From NCBI GenBank assembly GCA_963776345.1, contig CAVZMH010000001.1, positions 64,001-128,000 on the forward strand: a stretch of 64,000 nt of DNA, given 5' to 3'. The notes under the pieces were generated by a model. That model did no database searches and was not told where the DNA came from. It worked only from the letters and a program-made list of their open reading frames with translations. Shown in pieces: positions 8,967 to 20,040 of the stretch (position 1 is the stretch's first letter; every line of letters begins with the position of its first letter). Position numbers and translations under genes: made by a program. This stretch comes from an uncultured delta proteobacterium (GTDB lineage Bacteria > Myxococcota > Myxococcia > Myxococcales > Myxococcaceae).

Positions 8967-10369
8967 GCGTTCCGCTCTCGAGTCCGCAGGGGCGCGGCGT
9001 GCTCCTCGCGTCCATCGTGGGGTCAGGGATGGCGTTCCTCGACTCGACGGCGGTGAACGTGGCCCTGCCGGCGCTCGGACGGGCGCTCGGAGCGGACCTC
9101 GCCGGGCTGCAGTGGACGCTCGATGCCTATCTCCTGACCCTCTGCGCCTTTCTCCTCGTCGGCGGGAGCCTCGGGGACAGGCTGGGCCGCAAGCCGGTGT
9201 TCGAGCTCGGCGTGCTGGGGTTCGCCGCGGCCTCGCTGCTGTGCGCGCTGGCGCCGGGTGTCCTCGCGCTCGCGCTGGCCCGGGCTCTCCAGGGGCTGGC
9301 GGCGGCGCTCCTCGTCCCGCTGAGCCTGGCCCTGGTCCGGGCGGAGATCGACGAGACCGACCAGGGCGCGGCGCTCGGGCTCTGGACCGGTCTGTCGGGG
9401 GTGAGCTCGGCCGCGGGCCCGCTCGTGGGAGGGTGGCTGGTCGAGACCGTCGGCTGGCGCGGCATCTTCTTCCTGAACCTGCCGCTCGCCGCCATCGCGC
9501 TCTGGGCGGCGAGGCGCTGGCTTCCCGACGCGACGCCCGCCCGCGATCCGCGACCGCTCGACCTGGCCGGCGCGGCCTCGGGAGCGCTCGCGGTGGGTGG
9601 CCTGACCTTCGCGTTGATCGAGGGACCGGCGCACGGCTGGGGCAACCTCGCGCTTCTCTCGGCGGGGAGCGGGGCGGTGTGGCTCGTGGCCTTTCTCCTT
9701 CTCGAGCGCCGCCCGGAGGCGATGATGCCGCTCTCGCTCTTCCGGGACGCCGCCTTCGCGGCGACCAACGGCGTGACCCTGCTGCTCTACGCCGCGCTGG
9801 GCTGCGCCATCTTCCTGCTGATGCTGGAGCTGCAGCTCGCCCTGGGGTTCTCGCCGGTGCGCGCGGGGCTGAGCCTGCTGCCGGTCACCCTGCTGATGCT
9901 CGGGCTGTCGCCGCTCTCCGGACGGTGGGGACAGGCGCGCGGCGGACGGTGGCCCATGGCGCTGGGCGCGCTGATCGCGTCGGGCGGCTTCCTGTGCTTC
10001 GTCCTGCTCCGGCCAGGGGTCGGGTGGACGGCGGTCCTCCCGGGAGCGTCGCTCCTCGGCCTGGGGCTCTCGGTGGCGGTTGCGCCGCTCACCGTCGCGG
10101 TGCTCGACGCGGTCGGCCCCGAGCGCGCGGGTCTGGCCTCGGGCGTGAACAACGCCGTGGCCCGGCTGGCGGGGCTGCTGGGGGTGGCCGCGGTGCCATG
10201 GGCTGCCGGACTGTCGGGGCTCGGCCGGGAGGTCGACCCCGAGCGCCTGACGACGGGCTTCCACCGCGCCGCCGTCCTGTGCGCGGCACTCTGCGTGGCC
10301 GCGTCGGTGGCCTCGGTCGTGTGGGTCCCATCCCGCCGGGGAGCGGAGCCGCTCGCCTCCGCCGGGTGA
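8963..10369 (+). CDS. MFS transporter, DHA2 (EmrB/QacA) family
   Basis: LDSTAVNVALP, GGSLGDRLGRK, WRGIFFLNLP, ASGVNNAVAR. GTGA overlap. Confidence 0.92.
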   Translation: MSVPLSSPQGRGVLLASIVGSGMAFLDSTAVNVALPALGRALGADLAGLQWTLDAYLLTLCAFLLVGGSLGDRLGRKPVFELGVLGFAAASLLCALAPGVLALALARALQGLAAALLVPLSLALVRAEIDETDQGAALGLWTGLSGVSSAAGPLVGGWLVETVGWRGIFFLNLPLAAIALWAARRWLPDATPARDPRPLDLAGAASGALAVGGLTFALIEGPAHGWGNLALLSAGSGAVWLVAFLLLERRPEAMMPLSLFRDAAFAATNGVTLLLYAALGCAIFLLMLELQLALGFSPVRAGLSLLPVTLLMLGLSPLSGRWGQARGGRWPMALGALIASGGFLCFVLLRPGVGWTAVLPGASLLGLGLSVAVAPLTVAVLDAVGPERAGLASGVNNAVARLAGLLGVAAVPWAAGLSGLGREVDPERLTTGFHRAAVLCAALCVAASVASVVWVPSRRGAEPLASAG

Positions 10370-10389
10370 CCCACCGCCGGGGCTCGGCC

Positions 10390-10788
10390 TCAGCCGAGCG
10401 CAGCGAGTCCGGCGCGGGCGACCTGCTCGTCCTCGTGCGAGGCCACGCCGGAGACGCCCACCGCGCCGACCCAGTCGCCCTCGACCTGGATGGGCAGTCC
10501 GCCCTGCACCCGGAGCTGCCCGGGGAAGGCGACCAGCGCGGGCCGCTCCTTCACCACCTCCTCGAGGGCCTTGGTGGGCAGGCGCACCATCGCCGCGGTC
10601 CATGCCTTCCGGGTGGCGATCTCCGCGCTCTGCGGGAAGGCGCCGTCCATCCGCTCCAGCGCGAGGAGGAAGCCGCCGTCGTCCACCACGGCGATGCTGA
10701 CGTTCCACCGCCGCTGCTCGGCCTCGGCACGGGCGGCGTCGAGGATCCGGCGGGCATCGGTCAGGGAAAGGGCGCGCTTGGTTCTCAT
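10390..10788 (-). CDS. GlcG/HbpS family heme-binding protein
   Basis: IAVVDDGG, IATRKAWTA, GGLPI, GAVGVSG...DE..A. Confidence 0.9.
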   Translation of the reverse strand: MRTKRALSLTDARRILDAARAEAEQRRWNVSIAVVDDGGFLLALERMDGAFPQSAEIATRKAWTAAMVRLPTKALEEVVKERPALVAFPGQLRVQGGLPIQVEGDWVGAVGVSGVASHEDEQVARAGLAALG

Positions 10789-10907
10789 GCGCAGGCCACT
10801 TACCGCCGCCGGAGCCCCGGGGGAAGCGGGCCCGACCCGGGGGACGGGTCGGACCGGCCTCCCGTCCGAGGGGGCGGAACGTCAGCCCACGCCCGTACGG
10901 TGCTTCC

Positions 10908-12344
10908 ATGGAGCTGTCCTGGGTGGCGGGAACGGGGGGGCTGGTGGCCGGGGCGGCGGTGCTCGGCTGGGTGCTCGGCCGCGCCCGGCTCGCTGCCGCC
11001 GTGGCCAGGGAGCGCGCGGCGCTCGAGGCCTCACACCAGGTGCTCGGAGAGCGGCTGAGGGCCCGGGACGCAGATCTGGAAGAGGAGGCGCGCGCCCTCG
11101 CCGCGGCGACCGCCCGGGTCGAGGCGCTCGAGGAGGCCCGGTCGCGCGCCCTGGCCGACCTCGCCGCCGAGCGGGCCGGCCGCGCCGAGGAGCAGCGGGC
11201 CATGGACGAGAAGCTCCACCTGGTCCAGGCGACGCAGGAGGAGCTCACCGAGCGGTTCAAGGCGCTCTCTCACGACGCGCTGCAGGCCAACACCCAGAGC
11301 TTCGTCGAGTACGCGAAGGCCCAGCTGGAGAAGACGCAGGAGGTGGCAAAGGTCGAGCTCGACGCGCGCTCCACCGCCATCGACGTCCTGGTGGCGCCGC
11401 TGCGCGAGGCGCTGGAGAAGGTCGACGGAAAGCTCGCCGAGCTGGACCAGAGCCGCGAGCGGGCGCAGGGCGCGCTGGGGGCCCAGCTCCGCGCCCTCGC
11501 CGAGTCGCAGGATGCGCTCCGCCAGCAGACCGAGCGCCTGGTCGGCGCGCTCCGGGCCCCCAACACCCGCGGGCGCTGGGGCGAGATCCAGCTCCGCCGG
11601 GTGGTCGAGCTGGCGGGCATGGTGGACCGCTGCGACTTCACCGAGCAGACCCGGGTGGACGTGGAGGGCGGCTCGCTCCGTCCCGACCTGGTGGTGCACC
11701 TGCCCGGTGAGAAGCAGGTGGTGGTGGACAGCAAGGTCCCGCTCCAGGCGTACCTGGACGCGCACCAGGAGACCGACGAGGTCACCAAGCAGTCGCGTCT
11801 CGTGGCCCACGCCGCCGACGTCCGCCGCCACGTGCGCCGGCTGAGCGAGAAAGGCTACGCGGCCCAGTTCGAGTCCGCGCCCGAGTTCGTGGTCATGTTC
11901 ATGCCCGGCGAGGCGTTCCTCTTCGCCGCCCTGGAGAAGGACCCGGAGCTGATCGAGTTCGGCGCGACCCAGAACGTCATCCTCGCCACGCCCACCACGC
12001 TCATCGCGCTGCTCCGGGCCGTGGCCTACGGCTGGCGGCAGGAGCAGGTGGCGAAGAACGCCCGGGACATCCAGGCTCTCGGCCGCGAGCTGCACGACCG
12101 GCTGGTGACGGTGGTGAAGCACCTGGCGATGCTGGGGCAGCGCCTGGGCGGCTCGGTGGACGCGTACAACTCGGCCATCAACTCGCTCGAGTCCCGGGCG
12201 CTGGTCACCGCGCGGAAGTTCCGCGAGCTCGGCGCGGGCGGCGAGTCGGACATCCCCAGGCTCGAGCCGGTCGAGACGCTGGTCCGCCAGCTCGACATCC
12301 CCGCGCTCCCGCCCGGGCGCCGCGGCGGGCACGAGGCGGCCTGA
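10908..12344 (+). CDS. rmuC: DNA recombination protein RmuC
   Basis: N-term TM + coiled coil, RGRWGEIQL, RPD.VVHLPG, VVDSKVPL, FVVMFMPGE. Confidence 0.95.
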   Translation: MELSWVAGTGGLVAGAAVLGWVLGRARLAAAVARERAALEASHQVLGERLRARDADLEEEARALAAATARVEALEEARSRALADLAAERAGRAEEQRAMDEKLHLVQATQEELTERFKALSHDALQANTQSFVEYAKAQLEKTQEVAKVELDARSTAIDVLVAPLREALEKVDGKLAELDQSRERAQGALGAQLRALAESQDALRQQTERLVGALRAPNTRGRWGEIQLRRVVELAGMVDRCDFTEQTRVDVEGGSLRPDLVVHLPGEKQVVVDSKVPLQAYLDAHQETDEVTKQSRLVAHAADVRRHVRRLSEKGYAAQFESAPEFVVMFMPGEAFLFAALEKDPELIEFGATQNVILATPTTLIALLRAVAYGWRQEQVAKNARDIQALGRELHDRLVTVVKHLAMLGQRLGGSVDAYNSAINSLESRALVTARKFRELGAGGESDIPRLEPVETLVRQLDIPALPPGRRGGHEAA

Positions 12345-12401
12345 GCGGGGCGCCTTTCCTGGCGGCGCGCGCTGCCGCTCCGCGCTAGAAGCCTCGCCGC
12401 G

Positions 12402-13993
12402 ATGGAGACGACGAGACGCCCGCTGCGGGTGGTGGTGGTGGGTGCGGGACCCGGAGGCCTCGCCGCGGCCATCAACCTGGCGGGGCTGGGGCTCGAGGTG
12501 ACCGTCGTGGAGAAGGACGCCGTCCCGGGTGGCCGGATGAAGGGGCTCACCCTCGGCGAGCGAGGCGAGTACGCCCTCGACACGGGACCCTCCATCCTCC
12601 AGCTCCCCGGGGTGCTGGAGCGCATCTTCGAGCGCTCGGGCAAGCGCATCGAGGATTACCTGCGGCTGGTCCCGGTGGACCCGAACACCCGGGTGCACTT
12701 CTGGGATGGCACGCAGCTGGACACCTCGAAGCACCAGGAGCGCTTCGAGGCCTCGCTGGCCCGGCTCGACCGCCGGCTGCCGATGGCGATGCGCCGCTGG
12801 ATGGAGCTGAGCCGCGACAAGTACGCCGTCGCCTACGAGAGGTTCATGGCCACCCCGGCGGGGAACCTCGGGTACTACGCGCCGTGGCGGCTCCTGCCCG
12901 CGCTGCGCTTCAAGCCCTGGCAGAGCCTGTACGGCCACCTGGACGAGTTCTTCGGCGACGACCGGGTCACCTATGCGCTGGCCTATCCGTCGAAGTACCT
13001 CGGGCTCCACCCCACGACGTGCTCCAGCGTGTTCTCGGTCATCCCGTACCTCGAGCTGGCGTTCGGCGTGTGGCACGTGCAGGGCGGCTTCCGGGAGCTC
13101 GCCCGCGGGATGCAGCGCTGCGCCGAGGACCTGGGCGCGCGGTTCCGCTTCTCGAGCCCGGTGCGGACGGTGTGGATCGACGCCGCTCACGCCCGGGGGG
13201 TGGAGCTGGCGAGCGGCGAGCGCATCGAGGCCGACGCGGTGGTGGTCAACGCGGACCTGCCGTACGCGGCCACGCGGCTGGTCGACTCCGAGTGGCGCGC
13301 AGGGAACGCGGCTCAGCGACCGGGTGCTGGAGGGTGCCCGGTACTCGTGCAGCACCTTCATGCTGTACCTCGGGCTCGACCGCCGCTGGGACGACCTGCC
13401 GCACCACCTCATCTACCTCTCGAACAGCGCGCGCCGGACCGATGCGGCGGCGCTCGACGACCGCTTCGTCGACGAGGACGACCCTCCGTTCTACGTCTGC
13501 AACCCCTGCGTGACCGACCCCGGCGGCGCGCCCGCTGGCCACTCGACGCTCTACGTGCTGGTTCCTACGCCCAACACCCACCAGCCGGTGGACTGGGCGC
13601 GGACGGAGCGGGTGCTGGCCGAGCGCGTCCCCGGGTGGCTCTCCAAGGTCGGCATGCACGACGTGGCCCGGCACATCCGGGCGCAGCGGACCTTCACCGC
13701 CGAGACCTGGCGGGACGAGTTCAACGTCTTCCGCGGCGCCGTCTTCAACCTCGCCCACAACTGGCTGCAGCTCGGTCCGCTCCGTCCGAAGGTGAAGAAC
13801 CCCGACGTGGAGGGGCTCTACTGGGTCGGCGGGAGGGACGCACCCCGGGAGCGGCCTGCTCACCATCATGGAGAGCGCCAACATCGCTGCCGACTACCTG
13901 GCGAAGGCGATCGGCCGCGACGGTCTGCCCGGATGGCCGTACATCCCGCCGGTACCCGCGAGCCCAGGGGGTGCACGCGACGCCGCGGCGTGA
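12402..13993 (+). pseudogene. crtI: Phytoene desaturase (CrtI family), interrupted by two +1 frameshifts (probably sequencing errors)
   Basis: GAGPGG FAD motif and DTGPS in frame 1; SCSTFMLYLG..LYVLVP after ~13301; GGTHPGSGL..ESA after ~13830. Each junction has one extra G; stop TGA 13991-13993. Confidence 0.85.
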
Positions 13994-14120
13994 CCTCCAC
14001 GTGCTCCCGCTCGGGGTCGGCCGTGGACGGCGAGCGTCGAGCATGCGGCCCTGGGAGAACGCAGGAAGGACCGGTGCGCAGGCGTCCGGGGCCCGAACAT
14101 CGCAGCCAGCGTCTGGTGAG

Positions 14121-16289
14121 CTACCGGCTCCCCGGCATCCCGAGCGCCCGCACGGTGAAGGCGAGCATGTCGGCCGCCTCCTCGATCTTCTTCTCGGTGG
14201 GCTTCCCGGCCGAGTGCCCGGCGCGGGTCTCGATCCGGATCAGCACCGGCGCGGGGCCGGCCTGCGCGGCCTGGAGCGCGGCCATGAACTTGAAGCTGTG
14301 CGCCGGGACCACCCGGTCATCGTGATCGGCGGTCATCGCCAAGGTCGGCGGGTACGCGGTCCCCGGCTTGATGTTGTGCAGCGGCGAGTAGGCGACCAGC
14401 GCCTTGAACTGCTCCGGGTCGTCCGACGAGCCGTAGTCCGACGTCCACGCCCACCCGATGGTGAACTTCTGGAACCGGAGCATGTCCATCACCCCCACGA
14501 TGGGCAGCGCGCAGCCGAAGAGGTCCGGCCGCTGGGTCATGACCGCGCCCACCAGCAGCCCACCGTTCGACCCGCCCTCGATCGCCAGGCGTGAGGGCTG
14601 CGTCCAGCGCTCCCTGATCAGCCACTCCGCCGCGGCGATGAAGTCGTCGAACACGTTCTGCTTCTTCAGCTTCATCCCGGCCTGGTGCCAGGCGTCGCCG
14701 TATTCGCCGCCGCCCCGGAGGTTGGCGACCGCGAGCACCCCTCCACGCTCCATCCAGGCGAGCCAGGTCGGAGAGAAGTACGGCGTCTCCGAGATGTCGA
14801 ACCCGCCGTACCCGTAGAGCAGCACCGGACGCTTTCCGTCGGGGGTCACGCCCTTGCGGAAGGTGAGCGTCATCGGCACCCGGGTGCCGTCCTTGCTCGG
14901 GTAGAAGACCTGCCGGCTCTCGAACTCGCTGGGCTCGAACTTGAGCTGCGGAGCCCGGAAGACGCGGAGGTCGCCGCTCGCCGGCTCCAGCCGGAGGATG
15001 GCCGCCGGTGCGGCGTAGGTCTCGAACGAGAGGTAGGTCTCCTCCTGGGTGAGCCGACCGTAGAAGCCCTTGGCGGTCCCGAGCGCTGGCAGCTTCAGCG
15101 TCTGCTGGAGCTTGCCGTCCAGCCCGTGGAGCTCGACCACGCTGTGCGCGTCCTGCAGGTAGTTGAGGACCAGCCGCCGGCCGACGGCGGATGCCTCCTC
15201 GAGCCGGGCCTCGGTCTCGGGGACCAGGGTCTTCCAGCGCCCCCGGTCCGGCGCCCGCATGTCGATGGCGATGACCTTGCCGCGCGGCGCGTCCAGGGTG
15301 GTGTGGAACCACAGCACCGGTCCCTGGCTCCCGACGAAGGCGTACTTCGCCTCGAGCACGTCGACGAGCGGGCGGACCTTCGAGCCGCGCTTCGCCAGGT
15401 CCTGGATGTACACCCGGTTCCGCGGGTCGGTCCCTTGCGTGGCGTGGATGACCAGCCAGCGGCCGTCGTCGGAGACGACGGCTCCGAACTGCCATTCCTT
15501 CTGGTCCTTGCGCTGATAGACCAGCCGGTCGGCGGACTGCGGCGTGCCGAGGCGGTGGTGGTAGAGCTTCTGGAAGTAGTTCACGTCCCGGAGCTGGTTC
15601 GGGCCCGGAGCGTCGTAGCGCGAGTAGTAGAAGCCGCGTCCGTCGGGCGTCCACGAGGCGGAGGAGAACTTCACCCACTGGATGCGATCGGGCAGGTCCT
15701 CGCCCGAGTCCACCTTCCGCACCCGCCACTCCTCCCAGTCGCTGCCCGCCTCCGCGATGCCGTAGGCGAGGAGGGCGCCGTCGCGCGAGGGAACCGTCCC
15801 GCTGAGCGCCACCGTCCCGTCCTTGCTCAGGGTGTTGGGGTCCAGGAGCACTCGCGGCTCGAACCGCGGCATGTCCACCACGTAGAGGACCGGCTGGGCC
15901 TGCAGGCCGCTGTTCCGCTCGAAGAAGACCCGGTTGCCCTCCCGGAACGGCACCCCGTACCGCTCGTAGTCCCAGAGCGCGGTCAGGCGGTCGCGGAGCG
16001 CCGCGCGTTCGGGGATGGCGGAGAGGAAGCGCTCGGTGAGCGCGTTCTCCTCGGCGATCCACTCCTGGTACCCGGGGCTCGACGGTTCCTCGAGCCAGCG
16101 GTACGGGTCGGCGACCTTGGTCCCGTGGTAGTCGTCGACGACGTCGACCTTCCGCGCCACCGGGTAGACGAGGGCGACGCCCGCGTCCGGGCCCGGAGCC
16201 GCGGGCGCGGGAGCGGCGGTGGGGGCGGGTCCACCGTGGGAGCAGGCGATCAGCGCGAGGGGGAGCGTGGCCAGGATGGTGGCCCGCAT
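14121..16289 (-). CDS. Prolyl oligopeptidase (S9A), predicted lipoprotein
   Basis: DPYRWLE, GGSNGG, DDRV, AGH catalytic motifs; LIAC lipobox. ATG at 16289 overlaps the thiolase stop. Confidence 0.95.
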   Translation of the reverse strand: MRATILATLPLALIACSHGGPAPTAAPAPAAPGPDAGVALVYPVARKVDVVDDYHGTKVADPYRWLEEPSSPGYQEWIAEENALTERFLSAIPERAALRDRLTALWDYERYGVPFREGNRVFFERNSGLQAQPVLYVVDMPRFEPRVLLDPNTLSKDGTVALSGTVPSRDGALLAYGIAEAGSDWEEWRVRKVDSGEDLPDRIQWVKFSSASWTPDGRGFYYSRYDAPGPNQLRDVNYFQKLYHHRLGTPQSADRLVYQRKDQKEWQFGAVVSDDGRWLVIHATQGTDPRNRVYIQDLAKRGSKVRPLVDVLEAKYAFVGSQGPVLWFHTTLDAPRGKVIAIDMRAPDRGRWKTLVPETEARLEEASAVGRRLVLNYLQDAHSVVELHGLDGKLQQTLKLPALGTAKGFYGRLTQEETYLSFETYAAPAAILRLEPASGDLRVFRAPQLKFEPSEFESRQVFYPSKDGTRVPMTLTFRKGVTPDGKRPVLLYGYGGFDISETPYFSPTWLAWMERGGVLAVANLRGGGEYGDAWHQAGMKLKKQNVFDDFIAAAEWLIRERWTQPSRLAIEGGSNGGLLVGAVMTQRPDLFGCALPIVGVMDMLRFQKFTIGWAWTSDYGSSDDPEQFKALVAYSPLHNIKPGTAYPPTLAMTADHDDRVVPAHSFKFMAALQAAQAGPAPVLIRIETRAGHSAGKPTEKKIEEAADMLAFTVRALGMPGSR

Positions 16290-17458
16290 CAGGCGGCCTC
16301 GAAGAGCGCCGCCGCGCCCATCCCTCCACCGATGCACATCGTCACCACCCCGTACCGGCCGCCGCGCCGCTTCAGCTCGCGGAGGATCGTCGCCGTCATG
16401 CGCGTGCCGGAGACGCCCAGCGGGTGCCCGAGGGCGATGGCGCCGCCGTTGGGGTTCACCTTCGCCGGGTCGAGGCCCAGCTCGCGGATGCAGTACAGCG
16501 CCTGCGCGGCGAAGGCCTCGTTCAGCTCGAAGACGGCGATGTCCTTCACCTCGAGCTTGTTCTTCGCCAGGAGCTTGCGCACCGCCGGGACCGGGCCGAT
16601 GCCCATGATCTCCGGGGGGACACCGGCCACCTGGAAGTCGATGAAGTAGCCGAGCGGCTTCACCCCGAGCTGCTGCGCCTTCGCCTCCGACATCACCACC
16701 GCGGCGCCCGCGCCGTCAGTCAGCGGCGAGGCGTTTCCGGCGGTCACGGTGCCCTTGGGGTTGAACGCCGGCTTGAGCTTGGTCAGGCCCTCGAGCGTGG
16801 TGTCCGCGCGGAGGATGGTGTCCTCGGTGACCGTGACCTCGTGCGCCGTGCCGGCGTCGTCGAACACCTCGGTCTTCACCGGGACGATCTCCTCCTTGAA
16901 GATGCCCTTCTTCCGGGCCTCGGCCGCGCGGCGCTGGCTCTCGTAGGCGAACGCGTCCTGGTCGGCCCGGGAGATCTCGAAGCGCTTGGCCACGTTCTCC
17001 GCGGTGGCGCCCATGGAGGTGTAGACCTCTGGATATTTCTCCATGAGCTCCGGATTGGCGGAAACCTTGTTCCCGCCCATCGGCACCATGCTCATCGACT
17101 CGGTGCCGCCGGCCACCGCGACCTCGTACATCCCCGCGGCGATCGCCTGCGCGACCTGGGCGATGGACTGCACGCCCGAGCTGCAGAAGCGGTTGATGGT
17201 CATGGCCGGCACGGTGTCGGGCAGCCCGGCGAGCAGCGCGGCCAGGCGGGCCACGTTCATCCCCTGCTCGGCCTCGGGCATGGCGCAGCCCAGCACCACG
17301 TCCTCCACCGCGGACGGCTGGAGCCCGGGGACGGCGGCCACCGCGGCCCGGATGGCATCGGCGGCGAGGGTGTCGGGACGGGTGTCCTTGAACTCGCCCT
17401 TGAGGGCGCGGGTGAAGGGGGTGCGGACGGCGCTGGCGATGACGACTCGGGAAGCCAT
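16289..17458 (-). CDS. fadA: Acetyl-CoA C-acyltransferase (thiolase)
   Basis: NRFCSSG, ELNEAFA, GHPLG, CIGGGMG. Confidence 0.96.
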   Translation of the reverse strand: MASRVVIASAVRTPFTRALKGEFKDTRPDTLAADAIRAAVAAVPGLQPSAVEDVVLGCAMPEAEQGMNVARLAALLAGLPDTVPAMTINRFCSSGVQSIAQVAQAIAAGMYEVAVAGGTESMSMVPMGGNKVSANPELMEKYPEVYTSMGATAENVAKRFEISRADQDAFAYESQRRAAEARKKGIFKEEIVPVKTEVFDDAGTAHEVTVTEDTILRADTTLEGLTKLKPAFNPKGTVTAGNASPLTDGAGAAVVMSEAKAQQLGVKPLGYFIDFQVAGVPPEIMGIGPVPAVRKLLAKNKLEVKDIAVFELNEAFAAQALYCIRELGLDPAKVNPNGGAIALGHPLGVSGTRMTATILRELKRRGGRYGVVTMCIGGGMGAAALFEAA

Positions 17459-17479
17459 GGTCGTGGTTCTCCTGATGCT

Positions 17480-19870
17480 CTAGTTCCGGAGCGGCTTGCC
17501 CGTCTCCAGCATGTGGGCGATGCGGTCCTGGGTCTTCTCCTCGCCGCAGAGCGAGAGGAACGCCTCGCGTTCCAGGTCGAGCAAGTATTGCTCGCTGACC
17601 GGGGTGAAGGCCGAGACGTCGCCGCCGGTGATGACGTGGGCGAGCTTCTGGCCGATGTGCCGGTCGTACTCGGAGATCTGGTTGTTGACCTGCATGTCGT
17701 ACAGCATCATGTCCACGGTGGCCGCGCCGCTCCGCCCCGGGAGCCGGAAGTGCGTGGGCCGCGGCGGGCGGAAGCCCGACTCCGCCATCCCCAGCACCCG
17801 ACCCTTCGCGTCGCTGAGCAGGAAGTCCCGGTTCAGGCTGATGCCGTCGGCGCGGTTGAGGAACCCGATCTCCCGTGCCTCCTCGGCCGAGGTGGCCACC
17901 TTCGCCGTGCCGATGGTGAGGAACAGCTTCTTCAGAAAGGGCAGCGGGTCGAAGTCGCGGTCGGTGGCGAACGGCCCGTAGAGGTTCCGGAGCAGCATGA
18001 GATTGCCGCCGCCCCCGGGGATGAGACCCACCCCCACCTCGACCAGGCCCATGTACAGCTCGGCCGCGGCCTGGATGGCGTTGGCGCCCATGGTGACCTC
18101 GGCGCCGCCGCCGAGGGTGAGGCCGAACGGCGCAGCGACCACCGGGATGGGGCTGTACCGCAGGCGCTGGTTGGCCGCCTGGAAGTCCCTGACCAGCTTC
18201 TCCACCGAGGGCAGGTCGTCGCTCTTGATGGCCATCAGCAGCGCCATGATGTTGGCCCCGGCGGAGAAGTTGCCGCCGTCGTTGCCGATGACCAGGCCCC
18301 GGGCGGAGGCCTCGGCGCGATCCAGCGCCTTGTTCATCATCGCGACGATGCCGTCGTCGATGGAGTTCATCTTGGTGTGGAACTCGAGCAGCAGCGCCCC
18401 GTCGCCCATGTCCCAGAGGGTGGCGCTGTCGTTCCCGTCGAGCCGCCTGTTCGCCCGGCGGAGGTGGTCCACGCGCAGGGTGCGCGGGTTCTCCTTCACC
18501 GGGGTGGCCTTCTTCGCCGGGATGTCCCAGGCGGTGTCCTTCGTCCCGTCGACCGCGTAGAAGCTCTCGCGACCCGAGGCGAGCATCTGCTCCACCCACG
18601 CCGCGGGCCTCAGGCCCAGCTCCTTCATCCGCTCCACGCCCTTGCGGACGCCGTACGCGTCCCAGACCTGGAAGGGCCCGAGGTCCCAGGCGAAGCCCCA
18701 GCGGAGCGCCCGGTCGATGTTGACCAGGTCGTCGGAGATCTCCGGGATGCGGCGGCTGGCGTAGGCCAGCGAGTCCAGCGTCACCCGCTCGGCGAACTTC
18801 GCCGCCTTGTCGGTCCCGCTGAGCACGGTGCGGATGCGCTCGGCGACGTCGTCGACGCCCTTGGCCGCGCCGAGCGAGTCGAAGCGCACCTTGGCCTGCG
18901 GCCGATAGGTGAGGGTGGCGAGGTCCAGCGCCTGGATCTCACTCTCCCCGTCCTTGCCCTTCACCTTCTTGTAGAAGCCAGAGCCCGTCTTGTCGCCGAG
19001 CATCTTCGCGGCGACCATCTTCTTGACGAACTCGGGGACCTGGAAGGTCTCGCGCTCCTCGTCCTTGGACAACGTGTCGTAGCAGTTCTGTGCCACGTGG
19101 ACGAAGGTGTCGAGGCCCACGATGTCGGTGGTGCGAAACACCGCGCTCTTCGGGCGCCCCATCGCCGGTCCGAAGATCTTGTCCACCTCCTCGACGGTGA
19201 GCTCCGCCTTCTGCATGTCGCGGAGCACCCGGAGCATCCCGTAGGTGCCGATGCGGTTGGCGATGAAGTTGGTCGAGTCCTTCGCCCAGACGATGCCCTT
19301 GCCCAGCGTCTCCTCGCCGAACCGGGCCATGTGGGCCAGGACGCCGGGGTCGGTGTCCGGACCGGGCACCAGCTCCAGCAGCTTCATGTACCGGACCGGG
19401 TTGAAGAAGTGGGTGACCAGGAAGCTCTTCCGGAACGCGGGACCGCGCCCCTGGAGCATCCCGGTGACCGACAGGCCCGAGGTGTTGGAGCTGATGACTG
19501 CGCCCGGCTTGAGGTGCGGCTCGACCTTGGCGAACAGCGCCTGCTTGACCGCCAGGTCCTCCTTCACCACCTCCACCACCCAGTCGCACTCGGCGATGCG
19601 GTGCAGGTCGTCCTCGAAGTTGCCCACCTCGATGAGCTCGAGCGCGGCCGGGGTGAAGAGCGGGGCGGGCCGGGCCTTCTTCAGATTGGCCAGGCCGGCG
19701 AGCGCGAACTTGTTCCGGAAGGACTTCTTGCCGCGGTCCTCTCCGGGGCCAGCCTCCGGGGGGACGATGTCCAGCATCAGGACGGGGATGCCGGCGTTGG
19801 CCACGTGGGAGGCGATGCCGCTCCCCATGACGCCGGACCCCAGGACCGCGACCTTTCGGATGAGGCTCAT
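17480..19870 (-). CDS. fadN: 3-hydroxyacyl-CoA dehydrogenase / enoyl-CoA hydratase (FadN type)
   Basis: GSGVMGSGIA, SNTSG, HFFNPVRY; C-terminal FSAGAN and GGGAE crotonase motifs. Confidence 0.95.
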   Translation of the reverse strand: MSLIRKVAVLGSGVMGSGIASHVANAGIPVLMLDIVPPEAGPGEDRGKKSFRNKFALAGLANLKKARPAPLFTPAALELIEVGNFEDDLHRIAECDWVVEVVKEDLAVKQALFAKVEPHLKPGAVISSNTSGLSVTGMLQGRGPAFRKSFLVTHFFNPVRYMKLLELVPGPDTDPGVLAHMARFGEETLGKGIVWAKDSTNFIANRIGTYGMLRVLRDMQKAELTVEEVDKIFGPAMGRPKSAVFRTTDIVGLDTFVHVAQNCYDTLSKDEERETFQVPEFVKKMVAAKMLGDKTGSGFYKKVKGKDGESEIQALDLATLTYRPQAKVRFDSLGAAKGVDDVAERIRTVLSGTDKAAKFAERVTLDSLAYASRRIPEISDDLVNIDRALRWGFAWDLGPFQVWDAYGVRKGVERMKELGLRPAAWVEQMLASGRESFYAVDGTKDTAWDIPAKKATPVKENPRTLRVDHLRRANRRLDGNDSATLWDMGDGALLLEFHTKMNSIDDGIVAMMNKALDRAEASARGLVIGNDGGNFSAGANIMALLMAIKSDDLPSVEKLVRDFQAANQRLRYSPIPVVAAPFGLTLGGGAEVTMGANAIQAAAELYMGLVEVGVGLIPGGGGNLMLLRNLYGPFATDRDFDPLPFLKKLFLTIGTAKVATSAEEAREIGFLNRADGISLNRDFLLSDAKGRVLGMAESGFRPPRPTHFRLPGRSGAATVDMMLYDMQVNNQISEYDRHIGQKLAHVITGGDVSAFTPVSEQYLLDLEREAFLSLCGEEKTQDRIAHMLETGKPLRN

Positions 19871-19911
19871 CGGAGTGTCTCCTGCGTCCGCTGACGCGCC
19901 GTGTCGGGCGC

Positions 19912-19941
19912 ACCCTACGCGACTGACTCGATAATCAACAA
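19912..19941 (-). promoter_or_regulatory. Putative sigma70 promoter of fadN with operator-like quasi-palindrome in the spacer
   Basis: Minus-strand TTGTTG-18-TAGGGT; ACTGACTCGATAATCA at 19922-19937 recurs (14/16) at 27390-27405. Confidence 0.5.
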
Positions 19942-20040
19942 GCGCGAAGAAGGCAGCGGTTTCGCGCCGGAAACACGCTGGGAAGAGCTACCAGCCGGCC
20001 GTCCGGCGAGGGCCGAGCCAGGCTCGCCGGAGCGCGGCGT

